A stretch of 24,551 nt of DNA, taken from the NCBI GenBank assembly GCA_039208735.1, contig JBCCQY010000143.1, positions 1 to 24,551 on the forward strand, in the 5' to 3' direction. This DNA comes from Myxococcota bacterium. Its GTDB lineage: Bacteria; Myxococcota_A; UBA796; GCA-2862545. A model generated the notes under the pieces. That model saw nothing but the letters and a program-made list of their open reading frames with translations. It was not told where the DNA came from and searched no databases. This document shows, one piece after another, positions 17,123-24,551 of the stretch. Made by a program: the position numbers and the translations under genes. The first letter of the stretch is position 1; each line of letters opens with the position of its first letter.

Positions 17123-17365
17123 CTACTGGCAGATCGAGAGCCCGTCGAGGGCGAGCGCGACGCTCGTGTTCGGCGCGAAGCGCTCCGCGTGGAACAGGGC
17201 GCGCTCGTAGTGCCCATCGCGTTGGATCCCGAAGGTGGCCTCCGTGGAGGGGCCGAGCGTGGGGTTCGCCGACTCGGTGCCCGTGACGCCGCCGAGATCG
17301 ATGGCCAGCCGGCCGTTGACGAACACCCACACATCGTCGTCGCCGCCTCCTCGAAGTACCGAACC
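17123..17365 (-). pseudogene. Fibro-slime domain remnant
   Basis: GDDDVWVFVNGRLAIDLGG...LFHAER is the fibro-slime signature. The upstream VRYFE is in another frame and there is no N-terminus. Confidence 0.8.
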
Positions 17366-17639
17366 CGACCGAGGCGGTGCCGGTCCGAGGTTCGTGATGT
17401 GGAGAACGGAGGTTCGCCTCGCCGATCGCATGTTTCCTGCCAGGTTCCCTCGAGGACTCGAACAAGATAGTCCTCACCGCCCAGTCATCCACCTCGACGG
17501 CATCGATGTCGGTGCGGTTACCAGCGACGGCTCCTAGAAGCAAAGACTGCAGCGGCGTGAGCGCTATCGGAGCCGGGTTCCGCTTCCCTCTGCTCCGCTT
17601 CCCGCCACTCCCTCGGTTCGGCTCCCACCCCGCTTGCTG

Positions 17640-17886
17640 CCGGAGCGAAAGTCAACGGGTTCCGTTGTCACGATGAGCTTGAGCTCGTCCACCAGACGTT
17701 CCGGCGCGCCAGGAGGGGGCTCCACGCAATCGGCTGTAGCCGAACGAAGCCGCCGGGCTCGATGATGACGGGGTCCAGTCCGGGTCGGGGATAAAGTGGG
17801 ATGATGACGGCTCGATCGGTCAGATTCAGCACCCCGTAGTACAGCGTCTGCGGCCCCTTGTTGTGGATTGCGATCTCGAACCGTGC
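17640..17886 (-). pseudogene. Frameshifted DUF4384-like / caspase-associated C-terminal domain remnant
   Basis: ARFEIAIHNKGPQTLYYGVLNLTDRAVIIPLYP...IEPGG, then a frame change to ERLVDELKLIVTTEPVDF. Confidence 0.45.
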
Positions 17887-17905
17887 GTGGTGACCCCCAC
17901 ATTCG

Positions 17906-19606
17906 TCACTCGGCCAAGCCGACGGCGAGGTTCAAGAGGTGGGCCCCCGGGAAGCTCTGGTCGCCCGCGCTCCCGAGCACGTTGATGAGGTACTGATAGC
18001 GGACGTCGATGCGGAAGACCTGCGCCTCGAACCCCGCGCCCACGCCGACCATAGGCCCGAGCATGGGGACCCGAGGCGCGTCCTCGTCCCACGCCTTCCC
18101 CGCGACGGCCTGTCCCCCGCCAACGCCCGCGAGTACCGTCACGTTGAGCGGAACCAGTGGATCGAACGAGGCCTCGAGCCCGGTGCTCGCCCCACCGAGG
18201 ATGCCGACGGTGGGGCTGTAGTTGACCTGCAAAGCGAGCGGCACCTGCAAGATCTTCGTGAACTCTCCCTCCGCGGGACGGAAGTTGTACTGCCAGGCCA
18301 GCCCCAGGATCGGGTTCCAGCTCGTGCCTGGGTCCCCCACGAGCGCGCTCGCACCCCCGGATATCATGAAGCGCTGGGGACGAGCTCGGGTCTGCGCCTC
18401 GACGGACTGCCGGAACTCCTTCTTGGCGGCCTGCTTCAGCTTCTCGTCCTTGGGGAGCTTGCGGAGTCGGAGCGCGTCGGCCTTCACGGGAATCAGAGCC
18501 TGGAGCAGCAGATCCCCGTCCTGCCTCACGAGCTGGGACTCGGCCACGCGCTTCGTCACCCGGGGAGCATCTGGATCTCCCGGCTTCTTTCCCGATGCGG
18601 CCAGGGCCTTGGCGGTGGCTTCCTCGTCGATGGTGTCGTGCGAGAAGACGAAGGCATCCCCCTTCTTCTCGAGGTGGCGTGTGCGCTCGGCGACGACGCG
18701 CTTCTTCTGCTTCCCGTCGGCGCCGGTGGCCGTACCGGTGAGCGACAGGGAGAACTCGTTGCCCAGAGCGCGGCGCAGTGAGAGCGTGAGGTCCTTCAGC
18801 TTCCACTCGGGGAACGCACCCGCCGCGGGGATCGTCGATTCGCCAGCCACGACGGCCTCGAACACGTCGTCGGTGGCCACCGTCACCTCGGCTTCCTGGT
18901 CCTGGGCGCCGAGGCTCTGGATCATCCGCTGGGTCTGGGCAAGGCCGTTGGCAGCCCGGCGTGCATCCTCGGCCTCCTCCTGTGCCTTCGCGATGGCGGC
19001 CGGCGTCGCACTGGAGTCCTCGCGCAGTCGCTTGGCCGCAGACTCCTTGCGCTCCGCCGCGAAGTTCGTCGTGAACACCTTGAGCGACAGGCCGCTCCGC
19101 GATGCCACGCTGGGCACGGTGCCCATCGCGACCCGGTCGCCCACCGCGAACGGGAACACGTCCTTTACCTTGGTGGTCGGCGTCTTCGACTTCTTCTTGT
19201 GGAGCACGGTCTGTGGCCCCACCCGGCCCGTCGAGCGCTGGGCGACGTGAGCCAGCTCGTGGGGAAGCAGTCGGCTGCCGTGCGGGGCGCGCTGGGCCTG
19301 CGAGCCGAGGAAGACCTGGTGGCCTACGTTCAGAGCGTCCGCGTCATGGGCCTCCACCACACGATCCGCGACCGGTCCGCGATGGACTCGCACGTGCGAC
19401 AGATCGACACCCAGGTGTGCCGAGTAGAAGGCGTTCTCCGGAGATGACAGAGGAGCGGTCCCCGTTCGCGGTCTCGAGGACGGCACGGACGCCAAACCGC
19501 TCGCGAATCGGTCCGCCTCCCGCTCGAGCGTCTGGGGGCTCGCGCGGCTGGGGGCCGGACGGGACGCGCCTGGGGCTTCGTCTTTCGTTGCTCGGTGACC
19601 ACCCAT
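17906..19606 (-). CDS. DUF4157 (eCIS core) protein with a C-terminal predicted 8-stranded outer-membrane beta-barrel
   Basis: LEREADR...PLS...HLGVDLSHVRVH...ADALNVGHQVFLG...LLPHELAHVAQ. The last ~155 aa contain eight amphipathic strand-like segments. Confidence 0.8.
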   Translation of the reverse strand: MGGHRATKDEAPGASRPAPSRASPQTLEREADRFASGLASVPSSRPRTGTAPLSSPENAFYSAHLGVDLSHVRVHRGPVADRVVEAHDADALNVGHQVFLGSQAQRAPHGSRLLPHELAHVAQRSTGRVGPQTVLHKKKSKTPTTKVKDVFPFAVGDRVAMGTVPSVASRSGLSLKVFTTNFAAERKESAAKRLREDSSATPAAIAKAQEEAEDARRAANGLAQTQRMIQSLGAQDQEAEVTVATDDVFEAVVAGESTIPAAGAFPEWKLKDLTLSLRRALGNEFSLSLTGTATGADGKQKKRVVAERTRHLEKKGDAFVFSHDTIDEEATAKALAASGKKPGDPDAPRVTKRVAESQLVRQDGDLLLQALIPVKADALRLRKLPKDEKLKQAAKKEFRQSVEAQTRARPQRFMISGGASALVGDPGTSWNPILGLAWQYNFRPAEGEFTKILQVPLALQVNYSPTVGILGGASTGLEASFDPLVPLNVTVLAGVGGGQAVAGKAWDEDAPRVPMLGPMVGVGAGFEAQVFRIDVRYQYLINVLGSAGDQSFPGAHLLNLAVGLAE

Positions 19607-19769
19607 TGCAGGGCCTGGTTCCTCCCTGTGTACGCTTCACCCCGCCGGTCACCCGACACGGCGCAACACTCGGTTCTGGATGGTGGTCAACCTTGTCCAA
19701 GCGGGGCTCCCACCCGCGGGGTTGCATTGAGGATTTCGACTGTTCTACGTCAGCTTCCCTCCTCTCCAG

Positions 19770-19820
19770 GCTTCGCCTGGCGCACGATAGTCTTTCCAAA
19801 GCGCTTCGCCTGGCGCACGA
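19770..19820. repeat. Perfect 18-bp direct repeat GCTTCGCCTGGCGCACGA
   Basis: Copies at 19770-19787 and 19803-19820 (33-bp period), intergenic, upstream of the DUF4157-barrel gene. Confidence 0.9.
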
Positions 19821-19954
19821 GCCCCTTGACGCGCCCTCTCGCTGACGCTTGCTGCCTCAGGGATCGTTGTCGGGGACGAGGGGGCGACGGGCTGCGCCAG
19901 CCATGGAGTCGATCCGGGGTCGTGGCCGTGGTGTGACGAGGTCGATCCCGACGA

Positions 19955-20290
19955 TCAGTACATCGAGAGGGCAAAGCCCACGGGGACGAGCCCGAGGACG
20001 GTGACCAACGTCCAGCCGAGCACCCGTGCACCGGCTGAGGCCGCTTGCCTTCGAGACAACCACCCGAACCCGAACGCCCCCGCCGCCCAGGCCACGCTCG
20101 GCACCCCGGCGAACAACGCCAGGTCCGTCCACTCGGGTGCACTCGCGAGATCGCCACCGAACAGCATCCCCACGGAGACGATCAACACCATGGGAACGAT
20201 GAGGAGCGTGCCCGCCACGGATCCCATCCCCAGCGCCACCGCACTCAAGCTCTGGCCGAACGTCCACTCGTCCCACCGACATTTCGTCAT
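19955..20290 (-). CDS. Small integral membrane protein (~3 TM, 111 aa)
   Basis: GAGGAGG RBS before ATG 20290 (MTKCRWDEW...); three hydrophobic segments. Confidence 0.65.
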   Translation of the reverse strand: MTKCRWDEWTFGQSLSAVALGMGSVAGTLLIVPMVLIVSVGMLFGGDLASAPEWTDLALFAGVPSVAWAAGAFGFGWLSRRQAASAGARVLGWTLVTVLGLVPVGFALSMY

Positions 20291-20950
20291 GCCGACCTCC
20301 TCGCACGTCGCATGTGCACAGCGTTCTAGGCAGCAGGAATGGACGTGGTGTGTACGCCGCTTGAGGAAACGATGGGAACGGTGCAGCGGGGGAGGGGATA
20401 GCCGACGCACATGGTGGGCGCGCACCGGTCGCGGCGTCACCTGGACCGTCGGCACCGTTCGTGCGGTCATCGGACGAAGATACAGCGGATCGCCTGATGA
20501 TCCGAGCGTGCGAGGCGGCGGTAGATCCGAGGGGGTCCATCTGCAGCCCGAGGTGGAACTCGCGGAGATTCGACCCCACGGAGTCCGACACGGGGGAGTG
20601 GCCGCAGAGCGCGGTGCAGGGAGCAGCGCAGCGCATCGTGCACCGCCACGCCCTGTCGTACGAGACACGGGACAACCGGCCCCAGGACCGGGTGGCGGTG
20701 AGGGCCGTGCGGCTGATCCCGGGGGCTGGTGACGCTCAGTTGTATGGTCCCGCGTTCATCTCCCAGGTCCGTCCCGGTTTGATCTCCCGGTGGCGAGGTT
20801 GGGATGCGCCGAGAAGCGGGAGTTCCTCCAGCTCCTCGTCCACAAGGCCACCGTCCACAGAGGCCGCGTGGACGCGAGCTATACGATGGCCGCCACACCC
20901 GCCGCTACCTCGCCCAGGTCACCCGCAACCTGTAGATTCTCTGTTGGTCG

Positions 20951-21952
20951 TCAAGTCCCGCTGCTGTTTCTTTTTGGTTGATAGAAACGTGAGGGATCAA
21001 AATGGGTTTCAGTACGCAACATCCCGTGGATGGTGTGCAGCAGCTTGCGTGCCACGGCGACGTAGGCCACAAGCTGTGCCTTGTTGCGGTCCTTTGTCAG
21101 GACACGATGAAACTCTTGGATTTCCGGAACCCATCGAACGGTGTTCAGCGCGGCCATGTGGAGTGTCGCGCGTAGGTATCTCGAACCCATTTTGCTGATG
21201 TGCCGCGGGCGGTCGCGGTCGCCTGACTGGTTGGACCGCGGATCGAGGCCCGCCTGTGCCACGAGCTGCCGCGCGGTGAGGTCAGCGGGCATACAGCCGA
21301 GTTCGGCAAGGATCTCCACAGCGGTGACCTCGGCGATGCCCTTGATGGAGCAGAGGAGGTCCATGCGATCACTGACCTGATGGTCTTGCCGTGCGTACTC
21401 GACCAATCGATAGCGTAAGCCAGCGATTCGCTCATCGAGGCTCGCAATGCTGTTCTCGATGTCGGCCAGGAGTTCAGCAGGAAGAACACCGGTGGCCTCG
21501 GTCGACTGAAGCCGATTCTTCTCACGTGTTCGGTCGTTGACGAGCGTGCGGATTCGTCTCGCCCAGCTCCGCATGTTGAGCGCGTGCTCCGAGGGTGGCT
21601 GCCACGGATCGCCGACCCTATCGTGAGCCATCCGGGCCAGAGCGTGGGCGTCGACGCGGTCCGTCTTCGAGCGCACCAGGCCACGGCTTGCGTAGCCTTT
21701 GGCCGCCCCCGGGTTGATGTACCGAACATCGATTCGACGTACCTTGTGCAGTCCAATGGCGAGCGCGAGTCCATAGGGCCCTGTCGATTCCAGCGCGACC
21801 GAGATTGGCCCACGGTTGCGACGGATCGCCTTGATGAGCGCACGTCTTCCGTGAAGGGAATTCTCGAATACCTGGACCGTAGCGTGCCCGTGTCGCGCCA
21901 CGTGGAATTGCTTGCTGCTGACATCGATGCCGATGGCGGCCGGTTTGGCCAT
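20951..21952 (-). CDS. IS110-family DEDD recombinase/transposase, intact (333 aa)
   Basis: IGIDVS, LESTG, KTDRVDA (DEDD); SIKGIAEVTA, AGLDP, NQSG (catalytic Ser loop), ISKMG, AVARKL. AAGGAG RBS before ATG 21952. Confidence 0.96.
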   Translation of the reverse strand: MAKPAAIGIDVSSKQFHVARHGHATVQVFENSLHGRRALIKAIRRNRGPISVALESTGPYGLALAIGLHKVRRIDVRYINPGAAKGYASRGLVRSKTDRVDAHALARMAHDRVGDPWQPPSEHALNMRSWARRIRTLVNDRTREKNRLQSTEATGVLPAELLADIENSIASLDERIAGLRYRLVEYARQDHQVSDRMDLLCSIKGIAEVTAVEILAELGCMPADLTARQLVAQAGLDPRSNQSGDRDRPRHISKMGSRYLRATLHMAALNTVRWVPEIQEFHRVLTKDRNKAQLVAYVAVARKLLHTIHGMLRTETHFDPSRFYQPKRNSSGT

Positions 21953-22006
21953 AAAGGCTCCTTCGAGGTATGGGCCGTGTGGGTCCCGACCCTGGACCAA
22001 CCGCCC

Positions 22007-22340
22007 AGGCCAACCTTACGAACGCGTGGTCATGCCACCAGATTCTCTTCGGCCTACAAGGGGCGCTGAGGGCGGGGCTCACTCTACGAAAGACAGCCTC
22101 TTGGGCTCGGTGACGGCGAGCTACACCCATCCGGCTCCCGCATTTTATCGTGGGGTAAGGCTCCCGACGGCGCCGCTAATCTACAGGCCAGGCGGACAGA
22201 CCGCCTCGGCTCGGCTCAGGCTCCCGCCGGGAGCAAACAGCCCATCATGGTCAGTAGGCTGAGACGGGGTATGGTTCGCTCGGCTAGACATCGGCCCCCT
22301 CGTCGAGGGGTCCGTTGCCAAGCCTCCCTCACCATACCCA
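22007..22340 (-). ncRNA. Predicted IS110 bridge RNA: 5' stem-loops, two target-binding loops and one donor-binding loop
   Basis: DBL 22055-22007 (guide AGAGAATCT equals the element right end; CGTAAG). TBL-B 22128-22070 (ACCGAGCC / TCGTAG). TBL-A 22234-22160 (GCCGAGCC / CCTGTAG). Each loop has a closing stem and an internal hairpin. Confidence 0.78.
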
Positions 22341-22415
22341 GAACGTATAAGGCTCGGGCTAGACCCGGGTGAAGCCTGGATTGAATGGGTATAGGCGGTC
22401 TGCAACGAGGTGGTC

Positions 22416-22742
22416 ATGAAAGGCCGACGGTTGCGGAATCGAACGGAAGCTCGGCGTTTGCTGAAGGAATGGGAAGCATCGGGGCAGCCGATGCGAAAGT
22501 GGTGCGAATCCCGCGGTCTGTCGTGGGGTTCGATGGCGCAGCATCGACGGTTTTGGCTCGCAGACCAAGCGAAGGCCAAGGCCGAGAAGGTCGACTTCGT
22601 CGAGGTCCTGCCGACGTCGGTGCCGTCGGCCCAGCGTGCGGTTCGCTATCGGATGTTTGTGGGGGCTGGGGTGCTCGAAGTCGGGGACAACTTAGACGAG
22701 GACACGTTGCGCCGTTTGTTGCGGGTGATGAACACGTGCTGA
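22416..22742 (+). CDS. tnpA: IS66 accessory protein TnpA
   Basis: EWEASGQPMRKWCESRGLS...FVEV...TLRRLLRVM; overlaps the tnpB start. Confidence 0.85.
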   Translation: MKGRRLRNRTEARRLLKEWEASGQPMRKWCESRGLSWGSMAQHRRFWLADQAKAKAEKVDFVEVLPTSVPSAQRAVRYRMFVGAGVLEVGDNLDEDTLRRLLRVMNTC

Positions 22743-22982
22743 GCTTCCCGCCCTCTGTACGAATTTGGTTGTGGCCGGTGCCCGTGGACATGCGAAAGTC
22801 GTTTCGGGGCTTGTCCGGGGTGGTGCGGGAGCGGGCGTTTCCATCTTCCCGCCCATGAAGCGGAACAGAAGGTGTCGCTAACCGCAGGCCAGTTGCTCCT
22901 GATGCTCGAAGGATTGGACGTGGCCACGCTGGTGCGCCGCGTGCGCCACCATCGCGAGCCGACCTCGAACGACGAAAACTGA
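22736..22982 (+). pseudogene. tnpB: IS66 TnpB with an internal deletion and frameshift
   Basis: MLSFPPSVRIWLWPVPVDMRKSFRGLSGVVRE joins at ~22830, out of frame, to GRFHLP...QLLLMLEGLD. The central 'HLFVF..RRD.VK.L.WD..G...KRLE' block is missing. Confidence 0.85.
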
Positions 22983-23046
22983 GGAGGTTCGATCCTTGTC
23001 GATCCCAGGGGTTGTCGGGCGTGGACCCGTGAGCTGAAGTGACGGG

Positions 23047-24551
23047 GTGACCGACCGCCAACGCATCGCCGAACTGCAGGCCCAGAACGCCGCGCTGCAA
23101 CAGTTGCTCGAGCAACAAGTTGCACAGAACGGCACGTTGACGGCCCAGGTCCAGCAGCTGTTGGTGCTGGTCGAAGGATTGCAGAAGCAGCTGGCCGCGT
23201 GGCTTCCCAAGCCCGCAGCCCCCGAACCGGTCGCCGCCCCTGCTCCACCCGTTGCGAATCCGGCGGATGTGCCCTCCCTGTTGGCGCCTCCCGAACCGCC
23301 GTTGCGCGCACCGTCGAAGCGACGGAAACCCAAACGGGTGCCGCTCGACGCCGCGTTGCCGCGAGACATCGAGACCTACTCGGTCGAGGCCTGTCCTTCG
23401 TGTGGCAGCGAGGACTTGGCGGCGCTGGACACGGAAGTCAGCGAACGGCTGGCCTACATCCGCGCCCACGTTCGTGTTCGCCGCATCGAGCGTCCCAAGG
23501 TGCGCTGTCGCAGCTGCCAGACGTTGTCGACGGCCCCGATGCCGCCCGTCGCAGTGCCCCAAGGGCAGCTCGACCCCACGATGTTGGCCCATCTGGCCTA
23601 CAGCAAATGTGGCCTGCACCTGCCGTTGAAACGCATTGCGGAAGATCTGGCGAACCAAGGCGTGACGCTGCCTTCCTCGACGATGTCAGATGCCATGGGG
23701 CACACCGCCGACTTGCTCGAACCGGTCTACGACGCCCTGCTGGCCCGTCTGTTTGCGTCCCCGCTGCTGCATGCCGATGGGACTGGATTGACCGTGCTTC
23801 GACCCGGTCAGAAAGGACCGTACCGCGGCCAGTTCCTGGCCGTCTGCAACGACGACGTCACGGCCTACGTCTTCACGCCATCCAAGCATGGCGAACACCT
23901 GACCGCCTTTTTTGGCGTCGGGTCGCCCGACGGCTACGAAGGCTTCCTCGTCGCCGATGCCGCCTCCAACATGAACCGGCTGTACGACGAGGGCCGGATC
24001 CTTGAATGTGGGTGCTGGTTTCACGCCCGCGACAAGTTTGTGGAAGCCCGACCCAACGCCCCGTTCGCCGCCGAAGAGGGCATTGCCTGGATTGGCGCCT
24101 TGTTCGAAGTCGAACGGTCGGCCGACGAGGCGGACGAAACCGCCGAAGAGCGTCGCGCCCGACGGCGACGCGAATCGGTGCCCATCCTTCACGAATTTGA
24201 ACGCTGGATGGACAGCGTGGTGCCGCGGTTTGCACCCGACGAAGCGATCGCCAAGGCCATTCGCTACGTGCGCACCCATCGCGAGGCGTTGTGGCGCTTC
24301 GTCGAACACGGCACCGTGCCCTTGACCAACAACCTGGCGGAACGCGAGCTGGGCGTCATCGGCCGGGGTCGCAAGGCCTTTCTGTTCGCTGGCAGCGACG
24401 CCGGCGCCCCTCGATTGGCCGTGCTTCACACCGTCGTTCGGACCTGCCAGCGCCTGCGTGCCGATCCGTTTGCTTACTTGTGCGACGTCCTGCCCCGCTT
24501 GAGCGTGATGCCCGCGAACCGTGGCCTTCGCCTGGCTGACCTGACCCCGCA
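23047..24551 (+). CDS. tnpC: IS66 DDE transposase TnpC, truncated by the window end
   Basis: Not in the ORF track; read by hand. Coiled coil, CPSC...CRSC Zn finger, LHADGT, LVADAAS, CWFHARDKF, LTNNLAERELG, GRKAFLFAGS, DPFAYLCDVL. Confidence 0.95.
   Translation, partial: MTDRQRIAELQAQNAALQQLLEQQVAQNGTLTAQVQQLLVLVEGLQKQLAAWLPKPAAPEPVAAPAPPVANPADVPSLLAPPEPPLRAPSKRRKPKRVPLDAALPRDIETYSVEACPSCGSEDLAALDTEVSERLAYIRAHVRVRRIERPKVRCRSCQTLSTAPMPPVAVPQGQLDPTMLAHLAYSKCGLHLPLKRIAEDLANQGVTLPSSTMSDAMGHTADLLEPVYDALLARLFASPLLHADGTGLTVLRPGQKGPYRGQFLAVCNDDVTAYVFTPSKHGEHLTAFFGVGSPDGYEGFLVADAASNMNRLYDEGRILECGCWFHARDKFVEARPNAPFAAEEGIAWIGALFEVERSADEADETAEERRARRRRESVPILHEFERWMDSVVPRFAPDEAIAKAIRYVRTHREALWRFVEHGTVPLTNNLAERELGVIGRGRKAFLFAGSDAGAPRLAVLHTVVRTCQRLRADPFAYLCDVLPRLSVMPANRGLRLADLTP

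Larger units (their letters stand above)
20934..22351 (-). mobile_element. IS110-family element (IS621-like) bounded by CT cores, ~1418 bp
   Basis: The right end reads ...TTGACGACCAACAGAGAAT-CT and the left end CT-TA-TACGTT. Circularisation would give TTGACG-N17-TACGTT. Guides in the non-coding end match both junctions. Confidence 0.8.
22352..24551 (+). mobile_element. IS66-family element; left IR apparently split by the IS110, right end outside the window
   Basis: tnpA-tnpB-tnpC order. Removing the IS110 restores GTAGGCTCGGGCTAGACCCG about 68 bp before tnpA. Confidence 0.88.

Noticed and set aside
20461..20931. Plus-strand coding-like fragments (EKREFLQLLVHKATVH, vaguely like a serine-recombinase C-terminus; LYDGRHT)
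   Set aside because: Multiple frames and motifs too short to assign; probably decayed DNA at the IS66 insertion point.
22149..22166. Alternative IS110 left end at GGGAGC-CT-TACC (core 22159-22158), or an IS66 IRL at GTAAGGCTCCCG (22155)
   Set aside because: It fits the donor right guide slightly better (3/4). However, the left-target match is only 4/7, there is no -10 at 17-nt spacing, it sits at the base of an 11-bp stem and it is 260 bp from tnpA. Disfavoured but not excluded.
1..24551. CRISPR array, tRNA or rRNA genes
   Set aside because: No repeat-spacer array or recognisable tRNA/rRNA seen by eye.

Overview
This is a high-GC accessory region, probably from a Myxococcota-like bacterium; that is an inference from a fibro-slime remnant, DUF4157 effectors and a two-receiver hybrid kinase. 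The left part holds a truncated SDR oxidoreductase, a DUF2147 protein, a membrane hybrid histidine kinase and a frameshifted lipoprotein. Next come a macrodomain gene and a BTAD/SARP-TPR regulator, divergent from a DUF4157 (eCIS-core) toxin with a C-terminal GIY-YIG nuclease. The middle is a GntR-led operon (carotenoid-oxygenase-family dioxygenase, acyl-CoA synthetase, saccharopine-dehydrogenase-like reductase), followed by ~2 kb of gene remnants (Tn3 transposase, fibro-slime, DUF4384-like). The right part has a second DUF4157 protein ending in a predicted 8-stranded outer-membrane beta-barrel, a small membrane protein, and an IS110 element next to an IS66 (tnpA, deleted tnpB, tnpC). The strongest signal is the IS110 non-coding end (~400 nt). 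It reads as an IS621-like bridge RNA with one donor-binding loop that matches the element's own end and two tandem target-binding loops. Both loops point at the reconstituted insertion site CCCGAGC-CT-ACAGG, which looks like the terminal inverted repeat of the neighbouring IS66. All family calls are from motif recognition by eye; no searches or folding were run.
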